Shown here piece by piece: positions 37,912 to 46,908 of a DNA stretch of 64,000 nt. Location: positions 50,215 to 114,214 of the forward strand of contig JABTVA010000008.1 in NCBI GenBank assembly GCA_015075075.1, in the 5' to 3' direction. Both the position numbers and the translations under genes were made by a program. The notes under the pieces were generated by a model. The model was not told the DNA's origin. It made no database searches and worked only from the letters and a program-made list of their open reading frames with translations. How positions within the stretch are numbered: the stretch's first letter is position 1; each line of letters begins with the position of its first letter. Source of the stretch: Deltaproteobacteria bacterium. Its GTDB lineage: Bacteria; Desulfobacterota; GWC2-55-46.

Positions 37912-37950
37912 AGACCCTCCCTTCGCAAGAAGAGAGGGTTTTTTTATTTT
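37912..37950 (+). terminator. Riboswitch expression-platform terminator
   Basis: 'CCCTCCCTTCGCAAGAAGAGAGGG' hairpin followed by T7ATTTT. Confidence 0.6.
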
Positions 37951-38021
37951 CAAGCGGTCATGGCGGTTTTGTTCGAGAGCGCCGGTTTCCCGGGCGTACA
38001 TCTGAAACGGAGCATGTTGCG

Positions 38022-39050
38022 ATGTCTGATGCGAGAGGGTCAAAGGCCGTATTGCTTCTCGGCCACGGGAGCAAGGCCGACGAGGCCAACGAGACGCTTA
38101 GAAGGATTGCGAAGGCCGTGAAGGAGGCGGGCGGGTACGGCATAGTCCAGCCGGCCTTTCTCCAGATGGAGAGCCCGGACTTCCAGGAGGCCGTGGATAT
38201 GATGGTCGGGAGGGGGTTTACGGATATTACGGTCATGCCGTATTTCCTCTACATGGGCCTCCATGTGACAAAGGACCTGCCCGATGAGATAGAGCGGGCA
38301 AAGACGAGGCACAAGGGCCTCAGGATTTCAGTCAAGGACAACCTGGGCTTCCATGAAAAGCTCGTTGACATAACAATAGAGCGGATAGAGGCGGGGGCTA
38401 CCCGGGACGCGGGCGTGCCCAGCCAGCACCCGATAGAAAAAGAGAGCTTCAGGATATTGTCGTCCGAGATGGACGATAGCGCTTTTTCCTCCCTCGAACT
38501 CCCGATAATAAAGAGGGTCGTACACTCGACCGCCGATTTCGAGTACAAGGACCACGTGGGTTTCAGCCCTGGCGCTGTGGAGGCCGGCATAGAGGCCCTG
38601 AGGGCCGGGCGGGACATAATAACGGACGTAAGGATGATAGAGGCCGGGATATCGAAGGCTCGATTAACTCCCTTCGGTTCCGCCGTCCGCTGTTTCTCAT
38701 CTGACAGGGACGTGGCCGTGATTGCGGAGAAGGAGGGGCTTACCAAGACCGCGGCCTCCATGAGAAAGGCCTCGAAGCGGATGGACGGCTCGATAGTGGC
38801 GATAGGGAACGCGCCGACCGCGCTACAGGAGCTTCTGAAAATCGTCAAGGAAGGCGGGCCGAGGCCAGCCCTCGTCATAGGCGTGCCCGTCGGCTTCGTC
38901 GGCGCGGTCGAATCCAAGGAAGAGCTCGCGAAGAGCGGCATTCCTCATATACTCACGAGAGGGCGTAAGGGCGGGAGCACGGTCGCCGTGGCCATAGTGA
39001 ACGCACTTGCGATACTCGCCTCCGAGCTCGTGGAGGGTAGCGTCAAATAA
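38022..39050 (+). CDS. cbiC: Fused sirohydrochlorin cobaltochelatase (CbiX-small) / precorrin-8X methylmutase (CbiC)
   Basis: N-terminal CbiX signature 'VLLLGHGSKADEANE...MPYFLYMGLHV'. C-terminal CbiC/CobH domain with the conserved His-containing 'VVHSTADFEY' segment. Lies downstream of the B12 riboswitch. Confidence 0.75.
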   Translation: MSDARGSKAVLLLGHGSKADEANETLRRIAKAVKEAGGYGIVQPAFLQMESPDFQEAVDMMVGRGFTDITVMPYFLYMGLHVTKDLPDEIERAKTRHKGLRISVKDNLGFHEKLVDITIERIEAGATRDAGVPSQHPIEKESFRILSSEMDDSAFSSLELPIIKRVVHSTADFEYKDHVGFSPGAVEAGIEALRAGRDIITDVRMIEAGISKARLTPFGSAVRCFSSDRDVAVIAEKEGLTKTAASMRKASKRMDGSIVAIGNAPTALQELLKIVKEGGPRPALVIGVPVGFVGAVESKEELAKSGIPHILTRGRKGGSTVAVAIVNALAILASELVEGSVK

Positions 39051-39067
39051 CTGAAATACGGTTGTTT

Positions 39068-39351
39068 GCAACCTCTAAAAATTGCTATTTTCCCCGGACT
39101 CTGCGTAGTGCGGGAATAAAAATGCTCACATATTCAAAATATATGCTCCGCTTTTTATTCCCGCCTTTCCGGGAAAAGCGGGAAAAATCTCTAAGGAACC
39201 TCTGATTAATTCATGTGTTCGTCATTGCGAGCGAAGCGAAGCAATCTTATCTTTTGGAAAATCAAGCGCTTAGAGATTGCTTCGGAGCTGAAGCTCCGCA
39301 ACGACAAGAAACGAGAATTAATCAGAGCTTCTCTAATTTTTAGAGGTCGCC
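39068..39351. mobile_element. MITE family D with a nested family B MITE (39200-39327)
   Basis: Left D TIR 'GCAACCTCTAAAAATT' at 39068 and right D TIR 'TTTTTAGAGGTCGCC' at 39337-39351. The B element 'CTCTGATTAATTC...GAATTAATCAGAG' is inserted just before the right TIR. Confidence 0.75.
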
Positions 39352-39395
39352 TTGAATCAGCCTTTTGCCTCTTTCGATCTCAATGGGGAGCGAGA

Positions 39396-40367
39396 ATGCA
39401 CATACCTGACGGATACCTGAGCCCGGCGACCTGCGGCGTTTTTTACGCGGCAATGGCCCCGGTCTGGTACTTCGCCTCGAAGAGGGCGGAGAAGGTCCTT
39501 AAGCTCAGGGAGATGCCGTTACTTGCGCTCGGCGCGGCCTTCGTCTTCGTCATCATGATGTTCAACATCCCGCTCCCCGGCGGCTCTTCAGGGCACATGG
39601 CGGGCGGGGCGGTCGTGGCCATAGCGCTCGGGCCCTGGGCCGGGATAATCGCCATGAGCCTCGCGCTCGCGCTCCAGGCATTCCTCTTCGGCGACGGCGG
39701 CATCATGACGCTTGCGGCCAATTGCTTCAACATGGCCGTCATAATGAGCCTTTCGGGATACGGCATTTACCGGGCGCTCGCCTTCGGGGAGCCCGGCGCC
39801 GGAAGAAGGTTTTTCGCCGCCGCGGTTGCGGCATACGTCGCCGTCAACCTGGCCGCGCTCGCGGTGGCAGTGGAGCTGGGCATGCAGCCTCTTCTGGCAG
39901 CCGGGGCTGACGGCAGGCCGCTCTACGCGCCGTACCCGCTCTCCATCGCGGTGCCGGCGATGATGATCCCGCACCTCTTCTTTTTCGGGCCTGTCGAGGC
40001 TGTCGGGACGGCCCTTGTGGTATCCTATGTGCACTGGATGGATAGGGGCCTCCTCCACAAGGGGAAGGGGTCGCTTAAGCCCTTATGGATCGCGTTGTCC
40101 GTTCTTGCAGTGCTTACGCCCGCAGGGCTTATCGCGTCTGGCACGCCCTGGGGCGAATGGGGAAAGGATGAGCTTATGGAGCTCATAGGCTATGTGCCCG
40201 CCGGGATGGAGAAGTACGGGGAGACATGGAAGGGGTTTGTCCCGGATTACAGCCTCCCGCGGATGAGCGGCTTGCCTGAGCCCGTTATCTATATGCTCTC
40301 GGCCCTCCTTGGGAGCGCGCTCCTGGTCGCGGCCGTATACGCGTGGGGCAGGCTATGGCGGAGGTGA
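39396..40367 (+). CDS. cbiM: Cobalt ECF transporter S component CbiM fused to CbiN
   Basis: Starts 'MHIPDGYLS...' (CbiM N-terminal His motif). The C-terminal extension carries a CbiN-like TM pair. Confidence 0.8.
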   Translation: MHIPDGYLSPATCGVFYAAMAPVWYFASKRAEKVLKLREMPLLALGAAFVFVIMMFNIPLPGGSSGHMAGGAVVAIALGPWAGIIAMSLALALQAFLFGDGGIMTLAANCFNMAVIMSLSGYGIYRALAFGEPGAGRRFFAAAVAAYVAVNLAALAVAVELGMQPLLAAGADGRPLYAPYPLSIAVPAMMIPHLFFFGPVEAVGTALVVSYVHWMDRGLLHKGKGSLKPLWIALSVLAVLTPAGLIASGTPWGEWGKDELMELIGYVPAGMEKYGETWKGFVPDYSLPRMSGLPEPVIYMLSALLGSALLVAAVYAWGRLWRR

Positions 40368-41224
40368 TCCTGCCGGAGTGGCTCAAGGGCCGGGAAGAGG
40401 CGCCCGCCTCCTTGAGGGCCGGGAGCGCAGGCTTCATTGAAAGGAGCCTCGTTAACTTCGCCTCAACGATGAAAAGGCTCTATGTTGACGGAGACTACTC
40501 TTCTAAAAAAGGCGCGCTCCAGGCGATAGAGCCCAGGGCGAAGCTTGCGGGGTTTTTCTTCATCATAATAGCCGCCTCGCTTGCCCATAGCGCGGTCTTT
40601 CTGGGAGGGGTGCTCGTACTGGCCTTTGCCCTTTCATTTGTATCGCGGATAGGGCCGGGCCCCCTCGCGAAGAGGACGTTTCCGGCGTTCGTATTTACGT
40701 CCGTCATAGTCATACCCGTTATATTCGGCGCGGTCACGCCCGGAAGGGAAGTGCTGGACGTTTTCGGGGCGTCGGTCACTGGAGAGGGGCTCCGTAGCGC
40801 GGGTTTCTTCCTCGTGAGGGTCGCTGCCATGGTCTCGACTGCGATGCTCCTTTCGCTTACGACCAGGGAGGCGGATTTCTTCCGCGGGCTCGGCAGGTTC
40901 GTCCCGTCGTTTTTCGCCACCGCGCTCTTTTTGACCTTCAGGTACGCGTTCGTGCTTATAAAGACCGCCGAGGACTCGGCCCTCGCGATGAAGGCGAGGA
41001 CCATAGCAGGGGCCCGCGCAGTCGAGTCCCGGACTTGGTTCGCTGGAAGGGCAGCGTTACTTCTGAAAAAGGCATACGGCGTTGCCGAAGAGGTTGGCAT
41101 GGCGATGGTATCGAGGGGCTTTGACGGGAAGCTTAAGGGTGCAGCGGCCCGGGCGCTCCGGGGAAGGGACTACATCTGGCTCGGGTTCGCGAGCTTCGTC
41201 CTCTTCCTCTCCTTCGGAGCGTGA
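40343..41224 (+). CDS. cbiQ: Cobalt ECF transporter T component
   Basis: Polytopic membrane protein in the position of the EcfT/CbiQ family, between cbiMN and cbiO. Confidence 0.75.
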   Translation: MGQAMAEVILPEWLKGREEAPASLRAGSAGFIERSLVNFASTMKRLYVDGDYSSKKGALQAIEPRAKLAGFFFIIIAASLAHSAVFLGGVLVLAFALSFVSRIGPGPLAKRTFPAFVFTSVIVIPVIFGAVTPGREVLDVFGASVTGEGLRSAGFFLVRVAAMVSTAMLLSLTTREADFFRGLGRFVPSFFATALFLTFRYAFVLIKTAEDSALAMKARTIAGARAVESRTWFAGRAALLLKKAYGVAEEVGMAMVSRGFDGKLKGAAARALRGRDYIWLGFASFVLFLSFGA

Positions 41225-42042
41225 GCCGCGTAGCGGAAGAGGTCCTGGGGGCCGAAGGAGTAAGCTTCTCATACGGCCCGGCCCCGGCCCTCTCCAACGT
41301 AAGCTTAAGCGTCGCCAAAGGCGAATGCCTGGCCATACTCGGGGCGAACGGGAGCGGGAAGTCGACTCTCCTTAAGCTCCTGGACGGCCTCATATTCCCG
41401 TCCGCCGGATGTGTTTTCTTCGAGGGCAGGCCGATAACGGAAGAGGCCTTGAAGGGCGAGTTCCTCGTCCGCTTGAGGTCCGGCCTGGGCTTCCTCTTCC
41501 CCGAGCCGGACGTGCAGCTCTTCTGCCCTACGGTCTTCGACGAGCTGGCGTTCGGCCCGCTCCAGCTCGGGCTCGGGGCAGAGGAGGCTGCAAAGAGGGC
41601 GGGGGACCTCCTCCGTATGCTCGGGATAGAGGCGCTAAGGGACAGGCCGCCCTACTCCCTTAGCGGAGGAGAGAAGAAAAAGGTGGCGATAGCGTCGGTC
41701 CTGGCGATAAATCCAGGGGTGCTACTGCTGGATGAGCCCACGAACGGGCTCGACCCGAGAAGCCAGGTCTGGCTCTACGAGCTCCTTCTCTCCTTGAGGG
41801 GCCACGGGAAAACGGTTATAATCGCAACCCATGACCTGAGCCTCGCTGGCGACCTCTCGGAAAGGGTCTTGGTGCTGGACGAATCGCATGCGGTAGCGGC
41901 GGACGGGCCGGCAGGCGAGATACTGAAGGACAAGGGCCTGCTACTTAAGGCTAACATCATACACGAGCACGAGCACAGGCACGGCGATGTAGTGCACAGG
42001 CACAGCCACGGGCCGTTCTCCACTCACGACGAGCACGATTAG
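41221..42042 (+). CDS. cbiO: Cobalt ECF transporter ATPase with His-rich C-terminal tail
   Basis: Walker A 'GANGSGKST', signature 'LSGGEKKK' and Walker B 'LLLDEPT'. Tail 'HEHEHRHGDVVHRHSHGPFSTHDEHD'. Confidence 0.85.
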   Translation: MSRVAEEVLGAEGVSFSYGPAPALSNVSLSVAKGECLAILGANGSGKSTLLKLLDGLIFPSAGCVFFEGRPITEEALKGEFLVRLRSGLGFLFPEPDVQLFCPTVFDELAFGPLQLGLGAEEAAKRAGDLLRMLGIEALRDRPPYSLSGGEKKKVAIASVLAINPGVLLLDEPTNGLDPRSQVWLYELLLSLRGHGKTVIIATHDLSLAGDLSERVLVLDESHAVAADGPAGEILKDKGLLLKANIIHEHEHRHGDVVHRHSHGPFSTHDEHD

Positions 42043-42099
42043 GGCCTGAGCCCGCATTGATAACACAAACGAGGTCAAATCAAAAAGGAGGCAGCAGAT

Positions 42100-42270
42100 A
42101 TGGAAAGGACACTTGAAAGGGGCGGCATGGACGCGCTCATACCGGGCATCGTACTCGTGGCCCTGGCGTTCGCGATGGTGGTTATCGCCTTCGGTATGGA
42201 GTCGATAGCGCCCGGGGTGCACGACACCCTACACGACTTCAGGCATGTTCTCGGAATGCCGTGCCACTGA
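42100..42270 (+). CDS. CbtB-like small membrane protein (single TM + His-rich C-terminus)
   Basis: 56 aa 'MERTLERGGMDALIPGIVLVALAFAMVVIAFGMESIAPGVHDTLHDFRHVLGMPCH'. Strong RBS AAAAAGGAGG. Below the ORF-track size cut-off. Confidence 0.55.
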   Translation: MERTLERGGMDALIPGIVLVALAFAMVVIAFGMESIAPGVHDTLHDFRHVLGMPCH

Positions 42271-42281
42271 CCGGAGGTGCC

Positions 42282-42704
42282 ATGATCTCTCTCAAGAACA
42301 GCCTAAAGGCCGGCGCCATAGCCGGGGTCCTCTGGGGGTGGCTCTGCTACCTCGCGAACTTCGTAAGCGGCGTTTTCCCCTTTGAAGGGAGCTTCGCGCA
42401 GAACTTCATCACCTTCTCGTTCGGCGGGGCCGTCTTCGGAGTGGTCACGGGCGGCCTCCTGGCCGTGGTCGGGAGGTTCCTGCCGTTCAGGAAGACTGTC
42501 TTCAGGGCCGTCTTCATCTCGGCGGCGCTCTGGGTCGTCCTTCGCCTTGCCGGGGACTTCCTCTCGATGATGGAGCCCGAGAGATACCATCTCGTGAAGC
42601 CGGAGACGGTGCAGGGGTTCTTCCTTGCGCTCGCGCTCGGCGCCATACTCGGGCTACTCCTTAAGAAGGACGAGAGGGCAACGGCAGGGAATGCCCGGGC
42701 GTAA
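42282..42704 (+). CDS. Small 4-TM membrane protein (possible CbtA-like partner)
   Basis: About 140 aa, hydrophobic. Its start overlaps the stop of the CbtB-like ORF. Function inferred from context only. Confidence 0.4.
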   Translation: MISLKNSLKAGAIAGVLWGWLCYLANFVSGVFPFEGSFAQNFITFSFGGAVFGVVTGGLLAVVGRFLPFRKTVFRAVFISAALWVVLRLAGDFLSMMEPERYHLVKPETVQGFFLALALGAILGLLLKKDERATAGNARA

Positions 42705-43776
42705 GCTCAGGAAAGGGTATACGACAGGGACTTGCGCCGCTGCCGGGGCAAAGGCAGCGGCGCTCTTGCTTCTGGGCGGCCTGAGGCCGGGACACGTGGA
42801 TGTGCCGCTGCCGCGCGGCGGGATCTTGAGGGTGCCGGTAAAGTCGGTTGCCGGCGGAAAGGGTTTTGCGAGGGCCGTAATAGTGAAAGACGCCGGCGAC
42901 GACCCGGATGTGACGGACAAGGCCGAGTTCGTGGCCGAGGTCGAGATGCTCGGCGAGAACGCCAGGCGCGCGTCCGTAAGGGTGAGGGGCGGTAAGGGGG
43001 TAGGGGTCGTTACGAAACCCGGGCTAAAGGTCAGGCCCGGAAAACCCGCCATAAACCCCGTGCCGCTTTCGATGATACGGAAGGCGGTAAGGGAAGCTGC
43101 GGCCCGTTATCATAAGAAGGCGTCCTTCCTCGTGACCATATCCGTGCCGCTTGGAGCAGAGCTTGCCGCCAGGACCATGAACCCCAGGCTCGTCATCGTC
43201 GGCGGCATCTCGATTTTAGGCACTACCGGCATAGTCGAGCCCATGTCCCTTGCCGCGTACACCCATTCCATCTCGTGCGGCGTGAGCGTGGCCGTGGCAA
43301 GCGGACTTCAAGATGTGGTGTTCTCGACCGGCCGGTCGAGCGAAAAGGCCGTGGAGAAAAGGCTCAAGGTCCCGGAGGCGGCCTGCGTACTTACAGGCGA
43401 CCACATGGGCTATGCGCTCAGGGACGCGGCCACGAGGCCGGAAATAAAAAAGGTGGTCGTCGCCGGCCAGTTCGGGAAATTCACCAAGCTCGCCGCTGGG
43501 CGCTTCGAGACGCACTGCGACGACGCGCCCATAGAGCTCGATTTCCTGGCCGGGCTTTGCGAAAGGCTCGGCGCAGGGAAGGCGCTGGCCGGGCGGATAA
43601 GAGAGGCAAATACCGCGAGGCATGCGTTTTTCATGCTAAAGGAAAGCGGCCTTGAGAAGGCGCTGGACGAGGTCTCTATCCTGGTGAAAAGGAATGCGGA
43701 AAGGATACTCGGCAAGGGGAAGTCCGTGACCGCGGTCCTCGTCGGGTATGACGGGGACATAGCTTCGATAAGATGA
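42691..43776 (+). CDS. cbiD: Cobalt-precorrin-5B (C1)-methyltransferase
   Basis: 'LRKGYTTGTCAAAGAKAA' N-terminal signature. Length and order fit CbiD. Confidence 0.85.
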   Translation: MPGRKLRKGYTTGTCAAAGAKAAALLLLGGLRPGHVDVPLPRGGILRVPVKSVAGGKGFARAVIVKDAGDDPDVTDKAEFVAEVEMLGENARRASVRVRGGKGVGVVTKPGLKVRPGKPAINPVPLSMIRKAVREAAARYHKKASFLVTISVPLGAELAARTMNPRLVIVGGISILGTTGIVEPMSLAAYTHSISCGVSVAVASGLQDVVFSTGRSSEKAVEKRLKVPEAACVLTGDHMGYALRDAATRPEIKKVVVAGQFGKFTKLAAGRFETHCDDAPIELDFLAGLCERLGAGKALAGRIREANTARHAFFMLKESGLEKALDEVSILVKRNAERILGKGKSVTAVLVGYDGDIASIR

Positions 43777-44987
43777 TATACGTAATAGGTATAGGGATAC
43801 AGGGCAGAGATAGCCTCCTTCCAGAGGCGCTCGGCATAATAGAAAAGGCGGGCTTGCTTGTCGGAGGGAAAAGGCACCTTTCGGAATTCCCGGGGAGCGG
43901 AGCTATTAAAGTCCAGCTGGGAGGTCTTGAAGAGGCCGCGCGCGAGATGGAAAAGTATCTCGGAAGGAAGGACAGGCGGCCCGTCGCGGTCCTTGCGACC
44001 GGCGACCCGCTCATCTTCGGCATAGGCTCGTTCATCATAAGGAGATTCGGGAAGAGACGCGTCCGGGTGATTCCGAACGTGAGCGCGATACAGGAGGCCT
44101 TCTCGCGCATAAAAGAGGACATGAACGGGGTAAAGCTCCTGAGCGTCCACGGGAGGGAAGCGGATTACGCGCTACTCTCGAAAGAGGCGATGTCGAATGA
44201 GAAGCTCGCCCTCTTTACAGACATGGTCAACACCCCGGCCCGGATATGCCGGGAACTTATAGGGCGCGGCCTGGAAGGCTTCAGGGCCTTTGTCTGCGAG
44301 TCCCTCGGGGCAAATGAAAGGATGACCGAAGGCACGCTCGAATCGATCTCCAAAAGAAGGTCCTTTGCCCCGCTCAACGTCCTGGTTCTCATAAAAGATC
44401 CAAGACCCGCTGCCCGTGAAACCGGTTTCGGCATCCCGGACAGCCTCTTTTCGCATGCAGGCGGGATGATAACAAAAGAGGAGTTCAGGGTCGTTTCCCT
44501 ATCCAAGCTCGGTTTGTCCGAAGGCAGTGTTGTCTGGGACATAGGCGCCTGCTCCGGGTCGGTCGCCAGAGAGGCCGCGCTTCTTACAGGCGGAAAGGTC
44601 TTCGCCATAGAGCGCGACAGAAAACGCATTTCCGACATACGCGAGAACAAGGGCCGCTTCGGCTGCGCCAACCTCAGGGTAATTGAGGGCGAGGCGCCGG
44701 GGGCGCTTAAGGGCCTTCCTGCGCCTGACGCGGTATTCGTGGGCGGCGGCGGAAAAGGCATAAGGGCGATACTCTCCTATGCGGCAAACAGGCTTAAGCC
44801 TGGGGGCAGGGTCGTTGTGAACGCGGTTACGATCGAGACCGCCTCTGCCGCGTTCGAGTTCTTCGGGAAAAAGGGCTGGGAAAAGGGGCTTATACAGATG
44901 TCGATTTCCAAGGCAAGGCCCGCGGGCGGTTTGAATATGCTCGCCGCCTGCAACCCGGTATTCATAATAAGCGGGAAAAAACCTTGA
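43773..44987 (+). CDS. cbiET: Cobalt-precorrin-6Y C5,15-methyltransferase/decarboxylase (CbiE-CbiT fusion)
   Basis: N-terminal tetrapyrrole methylase fold 'MIYVIGIGIQGRD'. C-terminal SAM-MTase 'VVWDIGACSGSVA'. Confidence 0.8.
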   Translation: MIYVIGIGIQGRDSLLPEALGIIEKAGLLVGGKRHLSEFPGSGAIKVQLGGLEEAAREMEKYLGRKDRRPVAVLATGDPLIFGIGSFIIRRFGKRRVRVIPNVSAIQEAFSRIKEDMNGVKLLSVHGREADYALLSKEAMSNEKLALFTDMVNTPARICRELIGRGLEGFRAFVCESLGANERMTEGTLESISKRRSFAPLNVLVLIKDPRPAARETGFGIPDSLFSHAGGMITKEEFRVVSLSKLGLSEGSVVWDIGACSGSVAREAALLTGGKVFAIERDRKRISDIRENKGRFGCANLRVIEGEAPGALKGLPAPDAVFVGGGGKGIRAILSYAANRLKPGGRVVVNAVTIETASAAFEFFGKKGWEKGLIQMSISKARPAGGLNMLAACNPVFIISGKKP

Positions 44988-45700
44988 AGAAGGCTGGCGT
45001 ATTCTACGGAATAGGCGTCGGGCCGGGCGACCCGGAGCTACTTACCCTTAAGGCCGTGAGGGTAATAGGCGCGGCCGGGGTGCTCGCGGTGCCGAAATCA
45101 GAGGGAGGGGAGGATAGCCTCGCCCTCTCGATAGTCAGGAAGGCCGTCGACCTTGACGGGAAGGAGGTCCTTTTGCTTCCCTTCCCCATGACAAGGGACC
45201 CCGAGGCCCTCAAGGAATCGAGGAGGAGCGCGGCCCGGCTCATATCGGCAAGACTCAATCAAGGCATTGACGCGGCCTTCGTGACCCTGGGCGACCCGCT
45301 CAGATATTCTACCTTCAGCTATCTCATGCCATTCGTAAAGGAGTTCTCGCCGGGCTCGGAGATAAGGGTCGTGCCAGGTGTCGCCTCCTTCTCGGCCTCT
45401 GCCGCCGCGCTCCCTGTTGCCCTTGCGGAAACCTCCGAGAGGGTTATAATTATACCTGCGGCCTACGAGCTCGATAAGGTGAGAGATGCGCTCGGCTCTG
45501 CCGAGACGATAGTTTTGATGAAGGTGAACAGGGCCGTTGACGGGGTGATCGACCTCTTGACAGAAGCCGGGCTTCTGGAGAGGTCTTTTTTCGTCTCAAG
45601 GGCGGGCTGGCCCGGGGAAGAGCTTGTTACCGACTTGAGGGCCGTCAAGGGGAGCAAGCCCGATTATTTTTCCATGATAATAGTGAGAAGGAATGCCTGA
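44984..45700 (+). CDS. cbiL: Cobalt-factor II / precorrin-2 C20-methyltransferase
   Basis: 'VFYGIGVGPGDPELLTLKA' tetrapyrrole-methylase motif, about 238 aa. Confidence 0.8.
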   Translation: MKKAGVFYGIGVGPGDPELLTLKAVRVIGAAGVLAVPKSEGGEDSLALSIVRKAVDLDGKEVLLLPFPMTRDPEALKESRRSAARLISARLNQGIDAAFVTLGDPLRYSTFSYLMPFVKEFSPGSEIRVVPGVASFSASAAALPVALAETSERVIIIPAAYELDKVRDALGSAETIVLMKVNRAVDGVIDLLTEAGLLERSFFVSRAGWPGEELVTDLRAVKGSKPDYFSMIIVRRNA

Positions 45701-46469
45701 GGATAATAATAGAGAGCCTTCCAGGGTATGGTTCGTGGGCTCAGGCCCCGGCGACCCGGAGCTTATAACGGTAAAGGGGATGAGGCTCCTCAGGGACGCC
45801 GACGTCGTCATTTACGCCGGGTCGCTCGTGAGAGAGAAGGTATTGGAGTGGTGCGAAAAGGGCCCTGAGGTGCATAACAGCGCCTCAATGGACCTCGGAG
45901 CCATAGTCTCTCTCATGATAGACGCATCCAGAAAGGGCAGGAAGGTAGTGAGGCTCCACACCGGCGACCCCTCTCTCTACGGGGCGTTGAGGGAGCAGAC
46001 CGAGGCCCTGGAAAAGGCGGGCGTCCCCTATGGCATAGTGCCGGGCGTCTCGTCGGCCTTTGCCTCGGCAGCGGCCCTCAAAAGGGAGCTTACGCTCCCG
46101 GGCGTTACGCAGACGGTCGTTTTTACGAGGCTCGAGGGCAGGACCCCTGTGCCGGAGAAGGAGCGCCTGGGCTCGCTTGCCGCGCACGGCGCGACCATCT
46201 GCATATTCCTGAGCGTTTCCATGATGGACGAGGTCGTAAGGGAGCTTAGTTGCGGCTACCCGCCGGAAACGCCTGTCGCGGTCGTATACAGGGCCTCGTG
46301 GGAGGACGAGCTTGTGGTAAAGGGCACTCTCGCTGACATAAAAGAGAAGGTCGGGGAGTCCGGTATTAAAAGGCAGGCCATGATAATAGTCGGAAAGGCC
46401 ATAGGCGACGGCCCGGTCGAGCAATCGAGGCTCTACGACCCGGGCTTCAGCCACGGGTTCAGGAAGTGA
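45693..46469 (+). CDS. cbiF: Cobalt-precorrin-4 C11-methyltransferase
   Basis: 'VWFVGSGPGDPELITVKG' and 'LHTGDPSLYGA' motifs. Confidence 0.8.
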   Translation: MPEDNNREPSRVWFVGSGPGDPELITVKGMRLLRDADVVIYAGSLVREKVLEWCEKGPEVHNSASMDLGAIVSLMIDASRKGRKVVRLHTGDPSLYGALREQTEALEKAGVPYGIVPGVSSAFASAAALKRELTLPGVTQTVVFTRLEGRTPVPEKERLGSLAAHGATICIFLSVSMMDEVVRELSCGYPPETPVAVVYRASWEDELVVKGTLADIKEKVGESGIKRQAMIIVGKAIGDGPVEQSRLYDPGFSHGFRK

Positions 46470-46861
46470 GCGCGTTCCGGGGCTGGGGGCCGGTGCTGCC
46501 GTATGCCCTCCTCATAATAGCGCTCTCGCTTCTGCCGTCATCCGAGGCCGAGGAGCACATCATCGGGATGGACAAGGTCTACCACGCGCTCGCCTATGGA
46601 GGCCTGGCCTGGCTCCTCATGAGGGCGCTCTCCGCTTCGATGCCGGGCCGGAAGGCCCCAGCGGTCCTGGCGGCCTTTTTGGCGGCTTCCGTCTTCGGGG
46701 CGTTCATGGAGTTCCTCCAGTCCGCCCTGACAACGACCCGTACGGGCGACCTCTATGACGCGCTCGCTAACGGGGTCGGCGCGGCCCTGGGCTTGATAGC
46801 GTACCAGCTTGCAAAGCCACTCAGGAGATCCTCCCTGACGAGCCCCGAGGCCCGAAGGTGA
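46466..46861 (+). CDS. VanZ-family membrane protein
   Basis: 131 aa, 4 TM, VanZ-like 'YHALAYGGLAWLL' segment. Confidence 0.5.
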   Translation: MSAFRGWGPVLPYALLIIALSLLPSSEAEEHIIGMDKVYHALAYGGLAWLLMRALSASMPGRKAPAVLAAFLAASVFGAFMEFLQSALTTTRTGDLYDALANGVGAALGLIAYQLAKPLRRSSLTSPEARR

Positions 46862-46908
46862 TAAAATTGGCCCCTTAAAGGGAAGCCGTATTCGAAGGAG
46901 GTGACGCC

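Noticed and set aside
38249-38941. 230-aa minus-strand ORF, and similar ORFs at 43410-44150, 47563-48312 and 51721-52782
   Set aside because: All are antisense to conserved cbi or kinase genes and lack motifs.
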